The notes under the pieces were generated by a model. It did not search any database and was not told the origin of the DNA. It was given only the letters and a program-made list of their open reading frames with translations. The position numbers and the translations under genes were made by a program. A stretch of 64,000 bases of DNA from contig CM075988.1 in NCBI GenBank assembly GCA_038087875.1, positions 18,044,001-18,108,000 of the forward strand. Direction: 5' to 3'. This stretch comes from Malacoraja senta (lineage: Eukaryota). Shown piece after piece: positions 14,301-25,357 of the stretch; positions within the stretch are counted from its first letter, which is position 1; each line of letters opens with the position of its first letter.

Positions 14301-17300
14301 TGTTCTGCAATAATTCCACGAATAATCTCTCCCTGTCAGAGGATAATATTGAATCTCCATGGATGTCCATCAACTCTGGAAAATTCCTGATGAATGACAG
14401 CCACTCCCTGTGGGAGGATCAGTTATTGGATCAACAGGACCAGCTGGGCAAGGAAATGGAGGAGGCCAGAAAGATGATTTCCATCCTACAAGTATGTACT
14501 TTCATTTGCGCACTTCGAAAAATATGTTTATCTTGTTGCACTGATTGGTAATAATTTATATCTATAAATAATTTATATCTATATATTTATATTTATATCT
14601 ATTGCAATGTTTAAGAAACATTTAGACGTACATGGATAGGACAGGTTTAGAGATATGGGCCAAATGCAGACAGGTAGAACTAGTGTAGATGGGACATATT
14701 GGCTGGTGTGGGGAAGTTGGGCCGCAGTGCCTATTTCAACGCTAAGACTCTATGACTATCACTCTAAGGGCAAAATAATTTAAAAAATACAAAATGTCAT
14801 CATATTGGGGTGCTATTGGTTATGGTACTGAAGCATGTTCCCAACCTAATTGTTGCCAAAGGTAGACAAAAATGCTGGAGAAACTCAGCGGGTGCGGCAG
14901 CATCTATGGAGCGAAGGAAATAGGCAACGTTTCAGGCCGAAACCCTTCTTCAGACTGATGCAGGGTGGGGGGGGGATGGGGGGGGAAGAAGATAGGAAGA
15001 GGAGGAGTAATTGTTGCCAAGGCAGGTTGTGTGCTAATGTATCTGTTTCAGGTTGTGTGCTAATGTATCAGGTACAGCAGGCAGTGAAGAAAGCGAATAG
15101 CATGTTGGCCTTTATAACAAGAGGAGTCGAGTATAGGAGCAAAGAGGTCCTTCTGCAGTTGTACAGGGCCCTAGTGAGACCACACCTGGAGTATTGTGTG
15201 CAGTTTTGGTCCCCTAATTTGAGGAAGGACATTCTTGCTATTGAGGGAGTGCAGCGTAGGTTTACAAGGTTAATTCCCGGGATGGCGGGACTGTCACATG
15301 CTGAGAGAATGGAGCGGCTAGGCTTGTACACTCTAGAGTTTAGAAGGATGAGAGGATATCTTATTGAAACATATAAGATTGTTCAGGGTTTGGACATGCT
15401 AGAGGCAGGAAACATGTTCCCGATGTTGGGGGAGTCCAGAACCAGGGGCCACAGTTTAAGAATAAGGGGTAAGCCATTTAGAACGGAGATGAGGAAACAC
15501 TTTTTCTCACAGAGAGTTGTGAGTCTGTGGAATTCTCTGCCTCAGAGGGCGGTGGGGCCGGTTCTCTGGATACTTTCAAGAGAGTTAGATAGGGCTCTTA
15601 AAGGTAGCGGAGTCAGGGGATATGGGGAGAAGGCAGGAACGGGGTACTGATTGGGGATGAGCAGCCAGGATCACATTGAATGGCGGTGCTGGCACGAAGG
15701 GCCGAATGGCCTACTCCTGCACCTATTGTCTATTGTCTATTGTTTAAGTTACCATTGCCTTTCAGGTACCAGGCACTCTAGTTAATTCTGGCCTTTGAGC
15801 AACTCTAGCTACCAGAGTGTAACCAATACTTAGAAAATCTAAATACAACCATATCTGGCAAGTTAAAGGATTAATTTTATTTAATTTTAAAGGCCACTAA
15901 ACTTTTGAGTGATTTTGCATGTACTTTTGACAAATTGATTTTCATAATATTCTTCCGTGGCATAAGAATTGCTCCCCTTTGCTCATTTTGTATTACAAAA
16001 TGTATTATACTTAATATTGTTCCCCCTGTTTTTGATTTCTAAAATGAATAGACTGTATTTGTGTGGTAATTGCTGCAGACATCTAACACTAGCTCCTTGT
16101 GAGTTTACCTCATTGAGTGTCTTTGTCACCTGAAACCATGTTATAATTCTGTTGCCAGGGGTTACTATTGAATGGTTCACTTCCTGAAGATGAACAGGAA
16201 GGATCATTTCCCCTGAGTGAGCAAGGAGCATGTGCAGAAGAGCAACTGGTACGTGCTGTTGTATAACGAGCTACACACCAGAGTGTTTGGTCTGTATAAC
16301 CGTTTCTTGTATCTGGAGTAAACATTTGACTGTAAATTCTTGTGTGAATCAGGTCATCATCAAGAGTCGATTGGATCTAAGCATGGATGAATGCCAAGAG
16401 TTAAAGGTACAAAGAATAGCTGCTTTTAAACAACTTCAGAAAATGTTTATGTTTTGGTGTAATTGTTTCTTTGAACCAAACCGGTTCTACAAACGTGGGA
16501 GTAACGTTAATTCCCAACAATTTGGTCAGGTGGAAAGTTAACATTTCAAAACTACATTAATTCATAACTCCAAGCTGCTCAGGGTTGTGGAGAGAGGGTA
16601 ATAGTGTACGACCTGTCAAGTCTCAGTAGCACACCGGCCAGTAACAGCTCCAAGGAAGCTGGATCATGATCTCTTCAGTCTGAAGAAAGGTTTCGACCTA
16701 AAACGTCACCTATCCATGTTGCCCAGAGATGGTGCCTGACCCGCGGAGTTACTACAGCACTTTGTGTCCCTTTGCGTATTAACCATAGATTTAGCCTGTA
16801 GCCCTCTAAACCCTTCCTATCCGATATCTGTCCAAATGCCTTTTAAAAGCCGTAATTGTATTCACTCCTATAGCCAGTGACGGAAATCGCTATCAAAATA
16901 TGGAGGGGACTGGGGGACGGGGGGGGCACAATTTCTTGGTGGCCGAGCGTGCATGTGCACACTCGCACACACATGCGAGGCTTCGGAGACTTCAGCCGTG
17001 GGCCCTGTGAACGGTAATTTCAGCTCAATCCAACGCTAAATGCAGCTCAACTCTGCCTGTCTCGCCGAGGTAACCTACAGCCCTGCCTGGACTGACGGAA
17101 TACCAGTCCGGAGCCGTGGAGCTAGCGCTGCTTCTCCGCGTTGGCTGTAAACCTGGGCCATATTTCCCTTAAGTCCAGGCAGGGCTGTAGGTTAACCTGG
17201 CGGGACAGGCAGAGTTGAGCTGGGGGGGACACTCGGGTGGGGACAGGGATGGTCCAGTGGCAGTTCGGCAGTGATTGCAGCGCCTGAGAGCCGGCTGGGA

Positions 17301-20300
17301 TCGATCCTGGCTGCGGATGAGGCGCAGGTCTGTGTCCAGGGCTGCTGTTGTGACCCTATGACCTGGGCACGTCTCCCTCCTCCAATCACTGCGCTCTATC
17401 CTCAGTCCCACACCCGTACTTCCGCCTCTGACCGACACCTCCCTCCTCCAATCATCGCGCTGAATCATCATGTCCCGCCCCCATTGCCTGCTGACCGACG
17501 TCTCTCTCGTCCAAGCGGCGCCCTCGATCAGCAGTCCCACCCCCACTGTCTCGCGGAAAGCGGAGATTTCACCGGATTTTAAAATGGGGAGGATCGTCCC
17601 CCACCTCTCAAAACAGAGGGGGGACTTGCCCCCCCCGGTCCCCCCTGGAATTCCGCCACTGACTATAGCTTCCTCTGGCAGTTCATTCCAGACACGAACT
17701 ACCCCCCACCCCCACCCCCACTTAAATCTCTCCCCTCTCACCTTAAGCCTATGCCGTCTTGTTTTAGAATCCTCTACCCTGGAAAAACGACTGTGCATTC
17801 ATTTTATTCATGTTTCTCGTGATCTTCTCGGTTCTCCTCAATAAGGTCACCTCTCAGCTTCAAATTCTCCAAAGAAAAAGACCCAGCCTATGAATGGGAA
17901 ACGGTAGGAATGGGTGGTGGTGTGAATGGGTGGTGTTTTGAATTATTCATTTTATACTGTGTTTCTCCCTCAACGTATAAATGGTTGGAGTGAGCTGAAC
18001 TTCACACTATCTCTATTACTGTGGTCTCTCCATAATTATTTTGTATCCTATCTGGTGGAGGAGAAATGTTTTTAACAGGGTAGGAATAATCCTTCTTTAA
18101 TTATTTTTGAATTGACAGAAAGAACTTTCAAAATACAAACTACAAACCAGGAATCTGCAGGGAGTGAAGGTGAGTGCCCAGTAACATCTGTACATGCAAC
18201 GCATCAATTGGACCGAACTATTTCACACTACTAACCTTTCTATTCCCTGCTGATCAAACCCAGAGTGGAACATCAGTAAAACATAATGATCTTATGTGGA
18301 AGGGTTTTTGGAGCTTATTTCGTGATCTGTTTTGCAGCCTAATAGAAACAGAACAGCAACAGCTGTTGTCCACCACGTTCTGACCAATAATTACACCTCA
18401 ACCATCCAAATCACTGAAATAGACGGTCTGGTTACCTTCCCTGGAAGACTGTGCATTCACTCTCTCCCTCATGATCCTATGCACCAATATAAGATCGCCC
18501 CTCAACCTCCTGTGCTTCAAGGAATAAAGTCCCATCCTGACCAATCTCTCCCTATAGCTCAGGTCTTTGGGTCCCGGCAACATCCTCGTAAATCTTCTCG
18601 GCAGAGGGGCGGCATGGTGACGCAGCGGTAGGGTTGCTGCCTTACAGCGGCAGAGACCTGGGTTCGATCCTGACTATGGGTACTATCTGTGCGGGGTTTG
18701 AACGTTCTCCCCGTGTCTGCATGGGTTTTCCCTGGATGCTCCGGTTTCCTCCCACATTCCAAAGACGTACAGGTTTGTGGGTTAATTGGCATTGGTTGTA
18801 AAAATTCCCTAGTGTGTAGGGTGGTGCTAGTTTACGGAAATCGCTGGTCAGCGCGGACTCGGTGAGCAGAAGAACCTGTTTCCGTGATGTATCTCTAAAC
18901 TAAATTAAAGAAAATGCTTTTTATCTAAAGAACATTTTAATGCCTTTAAGGAGCATGGCCGTGCATATTAAGGTCCTTTATAATATATTTTATTCAGGAC
19001 ATTTTGAGCATGTGACGTAGCTGGGTGAGGGTCTCTTGGCGCATGTTAAGCCCACTTCCCTGCTCACTGCCACATGTTTTTCCTCAGGATGCCTTGCAGC
19101 ATCGGATGGCCCAGCAGGAAAACTCCATTCTTCAGCTCAAGCAGGAGTTGCTGAGAGCGGGCATGGCCAAGGACGAACTGCTGAGTGAAAATGTGAGGAC
19201 CGAGGGGCTTTGATAGTTGACACACCGGGAAATGTATTCAAGTTGATAAGGTGCTCCCTGACTCGCTGAGTTCCTCCAGGGCTTTATTTTGTGCTTGAGG
19301 AGAGAGGTATTGGAAGTAGAACCACATGTGGGATAGGTGGTGGCCAGGTGAAATTAAAACAGAAAGTGGTGAAAATAATATACCTTTCAGCAGATACATT
19401 TACCATGGTGAAGTGAACAGAACAGTAAGAAATTCCATGTTAACAATATTTTAAGTACAAGTGCACCATTGATTGTGAGGAACCCTTGGTTTATAGAACC
19501 TTGCCAGATTATCCATTTTGCCGGGCCAACAGAGGTCACGTAATAATAATAATTCAACAATACACCTCTGACCCACTAATTATATCCCTCCCGTACCTCT
19601 AAAGCACCATGAACTGCTAGAAACTTAAATAAAACATAAACAAAGTAAATAATTAACTGATTCAGCACGGAGACACACCACCCGAAAGAGCCTGCGCCAC
19701 GTGCAATACTCTTGTAATTTTGTCCGGGTTAAAGGAGGTGCCCGGATCAGTGGCGGTGTACCTGTGTATAATGAGAAGGGGGAGTGATGAGGAGAGAACG
19801 TGCAAGTTGAACTTTATGAATGGTGGAGCGGCGAATGCTCACATCAGGAAATCAACGTTTCTTGGCGGCGATAGAGTCTAACGGTGCTGATGTGATGCAA
19901 CACTTTTCAGAAAGCATTCTAGGATTTTTGTGATGAGCCAAATGCCCTTTGCTTGTTTATCTTCCTGAATGTAACTGCTGAAGTCATTTCTGTCACTTTC
20001 ATTTTGTGTTGACAGCTTGACCTTCAGAGGAAGTCTGAAGAACGGAACCGGATGATTGGGGAATTTAAAGTAAGCAACTCTAAGACCCACAGTCGGAAAT
20101 GATTGCACTTTGGGGTCTACGAAACACACAGACATGATTTATTGAAATGGCCACATACTTTACATCAACAATCTGGTTCACAGAGTAAACATTAATTGTA
20201 AATCATGATTTTTCTGGGACATAAATAAATCATGCTATAAATTGCATTATATCCATGTCTCATTGCTGGTTGTAACTGTTGTTTAAAATACCATACTAGT

Positions 20301-23300
20301 TCTTGTGCTTGATGCAGTAACATTATATGTGGACAGCAGATGGGAGTGAATCCCACATTATTGGAGTTGTTGTCTTGTGAACAACTCGTTCAACCAAAAG
20401 CTTCCCTGTGTTAGTGCTTCAAGTGGACCCCGTGGTTACACAGAAGAGCCATGACAGCATTCACCCTCAACCACTGGCACACAGCAGAGAAATGAATCCT
20501 TCAACATGCAACCCATAACTTCACAAATGACAGCTGTGCTTTTCTCATAACAAGATTTCACATACAAGTAAATCGATTTGAGAAATGCAAATGTTTCCAT
20601 CTTTGTGATGTGTTATATGTCCCCACAGAGGGAGATGGGTCAGAAGGAGAGACTGCTCCAACAACAGAAGGTTAAACTGGATGATGCACTGCGGAAACTA
20701 ACAGAAACTACTCACATAAAGGTACGAGAAGGTGCTTTGTCCATCAAACTGTACACAAAACTATACAATACAAAAAATACAATATCAAATTACAATACAA
20801 AGAAAGTGTGGTACAGCCACTTGAGTTCTCTATGCACGTTTAAATTTAAATGGTACTGAAGCAAATTAAAGTGATATTCCCAATCCATCGATTTACTCAG
20901 CAAAAGTGCTGGAAGAGCTGAGCAGGTCAGGCAGCATCTGTGGAGGCAGACAAATGGTCTACATCCTGCTTCAGGACACTCCAGCACTTTGTTTATGCTC
21001 TTGATTCCAGCATCTGCAGTCCTTTGTCTCCATTAAGTTACTCATTTGATTGAATTCAACATTTTTAAAATAATTTTGAACATTTCAGTTGTAAACAAGT
21101 TAACATCCCCTTTGTTATATAAATGAAGTTTAAAAAAAACATGAATAGTTTAAACGAGAAAAATCCTTTCAGTGTGGAGTTGTGATAAACTCACCGGCAG
21201 TGCACCTTTTCCGAGAGGCATGCTGTTACTCAGCCATACCTGTACTTTCTGTTGTAACCACTTGTTCAGCGAACGCCTGGATTAGTGAGGTATTTTGTAT
21301 TAATCGGCAGAACGGGTAAACATACGTGTGCCTACTTATTCACATTGCTGTTTTTCTTCTATGTGATATTCTGTCTGTTACAGAATGACTTGCAGAGAGA
21401 GTTGGACCACAAGGAGATACTTCTGCAGCAGCTGGTGAACAGAGGGGAGGAAGAGGTACATTGCCGCCTCATCGCAGGCAGATACAGAATTCATGCAATT
21501 TATCATTAATAAATGGCCGTGATTTCATACAGTGCATGAATACTAATGAAAAACTCAAGCGGACCCCTCACAAATATCTCTGCATTAAACCCTGATTATT
21601 ACTGAGCATTTTATTTCATTGGTTTTTACAGCTGCTCGCAGCTTGATGCACCGAATTTTAGAGATTGTTGTTTCAAATTTCTGACTGCAAAACAAGTTAA
21701 ACTTTCCTTAGAATTCATTGTACAGCTGCTGTCCAATGAAAGGCTGTGTTTGATTGCCGTCGAGTCAGGAACATCCGTCTGAATGATATTCTGTGTACGT
21801 TTCCTTGTGTAAATTCAGACGGAGGACCTTCAGGTGGTTCGAGATTCACTACGAAGTTTACGTAACAGCTTTGCTGGTCATGACCCTCAGCACCACACCA
21901 TCGACACCCTGGAACAAGGAATTTCAAGTTTATTAGACCGAATGCATGTAGCCCAAGCACAGGGAAGAGGCAGCAACAAAGTAAGGACGTGTTCCCCAGC
22001 TGTGTAAAACCAATCGATTCAGTGATCAATTTCTGGTGGATTTTTTCCTCTCTCTTTATATCTATGTGAGCAATCTTCATTAGTTGAAACTGCGCTGTGG
22101 CATAAAACTGACTGGTGCAATCATATGTATAAGCAGGAACTGCAGATGCTGATTAAACCGAAGACAGACACAAAAAGCTGGAGTAACTCAGCAGGTCAGG
22201 CAGCATCTCTGGAGAAAAGGAATAGGTGACGTTTTGGGTCGAGACCTTTTGGTCTGAAGTAGGATCTCGACCTGAAACATCTCCTATTAACTTTCTCCAT
22301 AGATGCTGCTTGACCCGCTGAGTTACTCCAGCTTTTTGTCTATCTTAGGTGCATCATACGTTAATCTCAGATCCGTCACATGACAAGTGAGCTGAAGCTT
22401 CTGGTTAGGAACTAGACTCAATGTACCAATTGCACACCTCTCGACTTTAACACCCTGTGTTCAAACTGTATAATGTCATTAGTTGGGGAAGCAATGCATC
22501 TAGTCACACAACACGGAAACGGACCCTTCGTCCCAACTCGTCCCAACTCGTCCATGCTGACCAACATGCCCCATCCAAGCCAGTTCCATTTTACCGCATT
22601 TAGCTCTAATCTCTCTAAATCATTCCTAGTAAATGTCCAAATGTCTTTTAAATGCTGTTATAGTACCTGCCTCAACTACCGAGTCACCATGAGCGTTGCT
22701 CACTCTCTCAAGTGGCTCGAAGAGTCTGTGGCAATGAACACAGGGTGTTGTTCCAATATTCCGGACAACATTAATCTCCGAGACAAAATCACATTAAACT
22801 GCTATTGTGAGAGCTTGCTTTACACAAATTGGATGCCGATATGCCTACAGTTCAGTAATGAGCACAAAACTTGATTTGTAAAACTATATATAATTTCCTG
22901 AAAGGAATATAGAGATGCATGGTAAAAACACATTTTTGTTATTGTTGTATAGACTCCAGTGAAAAATTCAGGAAGAGGATCAGACACAGAAAGAGAATCC
23001 TGGCCATCAAATCCCAGTAAGTTCTGAACAATGAAACAGCAGCTGTTTTAGGCATCAAATCGTTGCTCAATGAAACTAATATGTGATGCATGATATTTTA
23101 ACTTAATCGTTTTTCTTTTTAAAGAAATATTTGTAAGATTGTGAACATGTCATTATACCATAATGCAGCCATATTCTGGTTCTAAAATGCAAAGAATATT
23201 TGATCATTGTTATTTTGTTGCTTTTTATCATTTGTTATTACTATTTTCTCCACCGTACACATGCTTGCTGTAGGGTCATTGATGTACTGTAGCTGCCATC

Positions 23301-25357
23301 ATGTGGCAGCATATTTGGTTTTTGCTTTTAAGAATAACTTCTCTTTTTCTTTCTCAGCGTCTCTTCATTTTCACAACAGTCCTGGTCTGAGAAATCGTGT
23401 CTTCACAAAGGTGCTATACTTCACAGACCGAACTCTTGTGCCATTCATGATAAACATTCCAAAGAGGCAAGTATTCTACCACTCGCAGAAATATTTTGAC
23501 AATGAGACCATCAAAAATTTCCTTTGGTTTCATGGGCAAAACTATTGGATGAAGCATGAGCATGTTTTTTTTGTACAAGCTTTTCCCCATCTACTTTCCT
23601 TCTGCATTTTTTCTCTTCTCGATAAACAGCTGAAATAATGTTTAAACTCAGGGAAAATATTACTTTGAACCAGTGAATAAGATATGACCGAGGTCTGTGA
23701 GAATACAAGGAGCTTTTAGCTTTATTCTGGGAAAGTAAATGTCTTTTTTAAGACTAATACTGATTGCATGATACCAATAAGTTTCTAATCTTTGCCGTGA
23801 TGTCCCTAAAGATAGAAACCCGTCAGCTTACTCAGCCTCGGCTGCTGCTGTGCACGTACAAGGCACTGAGTTGATTTTGGTTTATTATTGTCACCTTTTC
23901 CAAGATACAGTGAAAAGCTTTGTTTGCATGCTATCCAGTCAAATCATATTATACATGAGTACAATCAAATGCAAGTACAACAGGTAGTACAAAGAGAAAA
24001 TACGTGTGCAGAATATAGTGTTACAGCATTATAGCATTACAGTCGCAGAGAAAGTGCAGTTTAAATAAGAAATGAAGCTCTGCTGTGAGGTAGGTTGGAA
24101 GATTGGGACTACACCCTAGTTTATGGGATGACCGTTCAGTAGTCTGATAACAGTGGGGAATAAGCTGTTCTTGAATCTGGTGGTACGTGCTTTCAAACTT
24201 TGGTATCTTCTGCCTGATGGGAGGGGTAAGAATGACTGGGGTAAGAAAGGTCCTTGATTATGTTGGCAGCTTTCTCAAGGCAGTGTGAAATGTTGATGGT
24301 GGGGTAGCTACCTCGCTACAATTTCTTGCTATGCACACGGTGTGCATTTTTTTCCACATTCGCTCAGGGAAAATCTTTTTATTTAAATTGGCCGAAAAGA
24401 TCCTGTTTAAACTTGTACGTTAATTTGCTAACCTAATTTTCCAGCCTTGGTGAGGTGACTCTTAAAGACTTTAAAGCAGCAATAGATCGGGAAGGGAACT
24501 ATCGATATCACTTTAAGGCACTGGACCCAGAGTTTGGCACTGTGAAGGAAGAGGTAAGCTTGAGGCATTGGTCTTTGTCGGGATGAATATTACAGATATT
24601 TGTGGTTTTTACTTGGCAGTAAACTATATTGTTTGTGTTGTGCAAAGGAGCACGTGCGACTTAGGTACAACTAGATTCCCAAGTCCTAAGGGAAAATCTT
24701 TTTATTTAAATTGGCCGTAAAGATCTAGTTTAAACGTACATTATTAATTTGCTAACCTAATTTTCCAGCCTTGGCGAGGTGACTTGATTTTAAAGCAGAA
24801 ATAGATCAGGAAGGGAATTATCAATATCACTTTAAGGCACTGGACCCAGAATTTGGCACTGTGAAGGAACTTTAGAACTATAGTGTCTGTGTTGTGTAAA
24901 GGAGCATGCTCAGCTTTGGTGCAACTAGATTGCCAAGCGTGTAATTAACTCGCTGGGGTTGAGCATTGCTGATTAACCCAGCGATTATTGGCCAGACCAC
25001 TGCCATGCTGACCTCCATCATAAGAGACAGCTGCAGTGAGCCATCTTGCAGCTGGGCTTACGTGCAGGCTGCCGTGTTGCAGTTTGAATTCCTGCCGCTG
25101 CATCAACTATTCAGGCCACCGGAAACCATGCTGGTAACCGAACCAGTATTCTTGCACATTGATAAATAGGTAAAAGATGTAACTTCCTTTTACAAAGCGT
25201 ATGCAGGATGTTACACCCAGTACCAAAAGCACAGGTTGGCAAATGTAGACCTTTTTATAATTTGTTCCCACAGCTTTTCCATGATGACGACATCGTTCCA
25301 GGTTGGGAAGGCAAAATAGTTGCATGGGTCGAAGAAGATGGTGGTGACAGTCGGTAG
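2322..25357 (+). CDS. DIXDC1: DIX domain-containing protein 1 (Ccd1), short CH-less isoform, 15 coding exons, 443 aa
   Basis: Exons 2322-2344, 11386-11495, 14340-14491, 16159-16248, 16353-16406, 18119-18169, 19088-19192, 20016-20069, 20629-20721, 21384-21455, 21819-21980, 22953-23016, 23358-23466, 24445-24553, 25274-25357 join in frame (1332 nt). Translation gives coiled-coil segments ([64 protein letters not shown]) and a C-terminal DIX domain (TKVLYFTDR...[14 protein letters not shown]...[14 protein letters not shown]). No CH-domain exons were seen in the window. Confidence 0.95.
3480..3900 (-). mobile_element. CR1-type LINE 3' end
   Basis: Same 3' tail (catagtcatacagcatggaa) and ORF2 end as the other copies. 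Confidence 0.75.
5305..5616 (-). mobile_element. tRNA-derived SINE (elasmobranch HE1-like)
   Basis: Pol III A box (TGGCGCAGCG) and B box (GGTTCGATCC) on -, CR1-like 3' tail. Confidence 0.85.
7080..7440 (+). mobile_element. CR1-type LINE 3' fragment
   Basis: gaggggagacctgataga...gactagaggacatagctttaagg...ttttacgcagagggtggtg. Confidence 0.75.
9427..10109. mobile_element. Non-autonomous DNA transposon (PIF/Harbinger-like MITE)
   Basis: Perfect 62-bp TIRs (9427-9488, 10048-10109), TTA target-site duplication, CpG-rich. Confidence 0.88.
9550..9745. mobile_element. Inverted pair of Penelope-like terminal repeats with hammerhead-like core
   Basis: About 190-bp imperfect palindrome centred on cttcagtctgaa. 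Confidence 0.75.
11386..11495 (+). CDS. DIXDC1: DIXDC1 exon ([21 protein letters not shown]...)
   Basis: tttttcag acceptor, G|GTACGT donor; similar to human SPIHSAKSESIITQSEE. Confidence 0.9.
12465..13160 (+). mobile_element. CR1 fragment followed by a Rex1/Babar-like LINE 3' end
   Basis: CR1 motif ttttcacacagagggtg, then ccagattcagggacagttttt...cttttactgtaccttggtacacatgac tail; related minus-strand copies at about 23875-24330 and 59010-59430. Confidence 0.55.
14340..14491 (+). CDS. DIXDC1: DIXDC1 exon (...[27 protein letters not shown])
   Basis: AG acceptor, GTATGT donor, phase 1 to 0. Confidence 0.93.
14860..15007 (-). mobile_element. Penelope-like 3' terminal fragment with 13-bp TSD
   Basis: TAATTGTTGCCAA at 14847-14859 and 15008-15020 flanks the repeat. 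Confidence 0.75.
15070..15745 (+). mobile_element. Young 5'-truncated CR1 LINE
   Basis: Near-intact ORF2 end ([19 protein letters not shown]...[13 protein letters not shown]) and (CTATTGT)n tail. Confidence 0.93.
16159..16248 (+). CDS. DIXDC1: DIXDC1 exon ([14 protein letters not shown]...EEQL)
   Basis: 90 nt, AG/GT flanked. Confidence 0.95.
16353..16406 (+). CDS. DIXDC1: DIXDC1 exon ([18 protein letters not shown])
   Basis: 54 nt, AG/GT flanked. Confidence 0.93.
16875..17661. mobile_element. hAT-like non-autonomous DNA transposon inserted in a CR1 fragment
   Basis: Termini CAGTGACGGAAATC / GAATTCCGCCACTG; 8-bp TSD CCTATAGC / ACTATAGC (7 of 8 match); CR1 sequence on both sides (about 16785-16870 and 17670-17890). 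Confidence 0.8.
18119..18169 (+). CDS. DIXDC1: DIXDC1 exon ([17 protein letters not shown])
   Basis: 51 nt, GTGAGT donor. Confidence 0.93.
18606..18905 (+). mobile_element. tRNA-derived SINE
   Basis: A and B boxes (GGTTCGATCC at 18661-18670), tail tgtatctctaaactaaa. Confidence 0.87.
19088..19192 (+). CDS. DIXDC1: DIXDC1 exon (DALQHR...DELLSEN)
   Basis: 105 nt, AG/GT flanked. Confidence 0.95.
20016..20069 (+). CDS. DIXDC1: DIXDC1 exon ([18 protein letters not shown])
   Basis: 54 nt, GTAAGC donor. Confidence 0.93.
20629..20721 (+). CDS. DIXDC1: DIXDC1 exon ([13 protein letters not shown]...THIK)
   Basis: 93 nt, AG/GT flanked. Confidence 0.93.
21384..21455 (+). CDS. DIXDC1: DIXDC1 exon ([14 protein letters not shown]...EEE)
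   Basis: 72 nt, AG/GT flanked. Confidence 0.92.
21819..21980 (+). CDS. DIXDC1: DIXDC1 exon ([18 protein letters not shown]...GSNK)
   Basis: 162 nt, GTAAGG donor. Confidence 0.95.
22130..22350. mobile_element. Inverted pair of Penelope-like terminal repeats
   Basis: gctggagtaactcagc ... gctgagttactccagc arms around a degenerate hammerhead-like core. Confidence 0.7.
22953..23016 (+). CDS. DIXDC1: DIXDC1 exon ([21 protein letters not shown])
   Basis: 64 nt, GTAAGT donor; RESWP motif. Confidence 0.9.
23358..23466 (+). CDS. DIXDC1: DIXDC1 exon, start of DIX domain; followed by a GC donor
   Basis: [28 protein letters not shown] donor is needed for phase 2. Confidence 0.92.
24445..24553 (+). CDS. 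DIXDC1: DIXDC1 DIX-domain exon ([10 protein letters not shown]...GTVKEE)
   Basis: 109 nt; ctaac branch point, ttttccag acceptor, GTAAGC donor. Confidence 0.96.
24769..24869 (+). pseudogene. Degenerate tandem duplicate (pseudo-exon) of the DIXDC1 DIX exon
   Basis: Second copy (about 24689-24937) of block 24366-24688. Branch point and acceptor are intact, there is an in-frame TGA at 24785-24787, and the donor is deleted. Confidence 0.9.
25274..25357 (+). CDS. DIXDC1: DIXDC1 last coding exon ([27 protein letters not shown])
   Basis: cccacag acceptor; TAG at 25355-25357. Confidence 0.96.
   Translation, partial: LFHDDDIVPGWEGKIVAWVEEDGGDSR

Noticed and set aside
14850..15650. 266-aa ORF
   Set aside because: Chimera of a Penelope-like repeat and a CR1 ORF2 3' end, not a host gene
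17169..17844. 209-aa and 124-aa ORFs
   Set aside because: Arise from the GC-rich DNA element plus CR1 fragment; no domain recognised
18606..18680. tRNA-like A and B boxes (also near 5560-5610, 26525 and 45030)
   Set aside because: They are SINE heads continuing into a SINE body and LINE-derived tail, not tRNA genes
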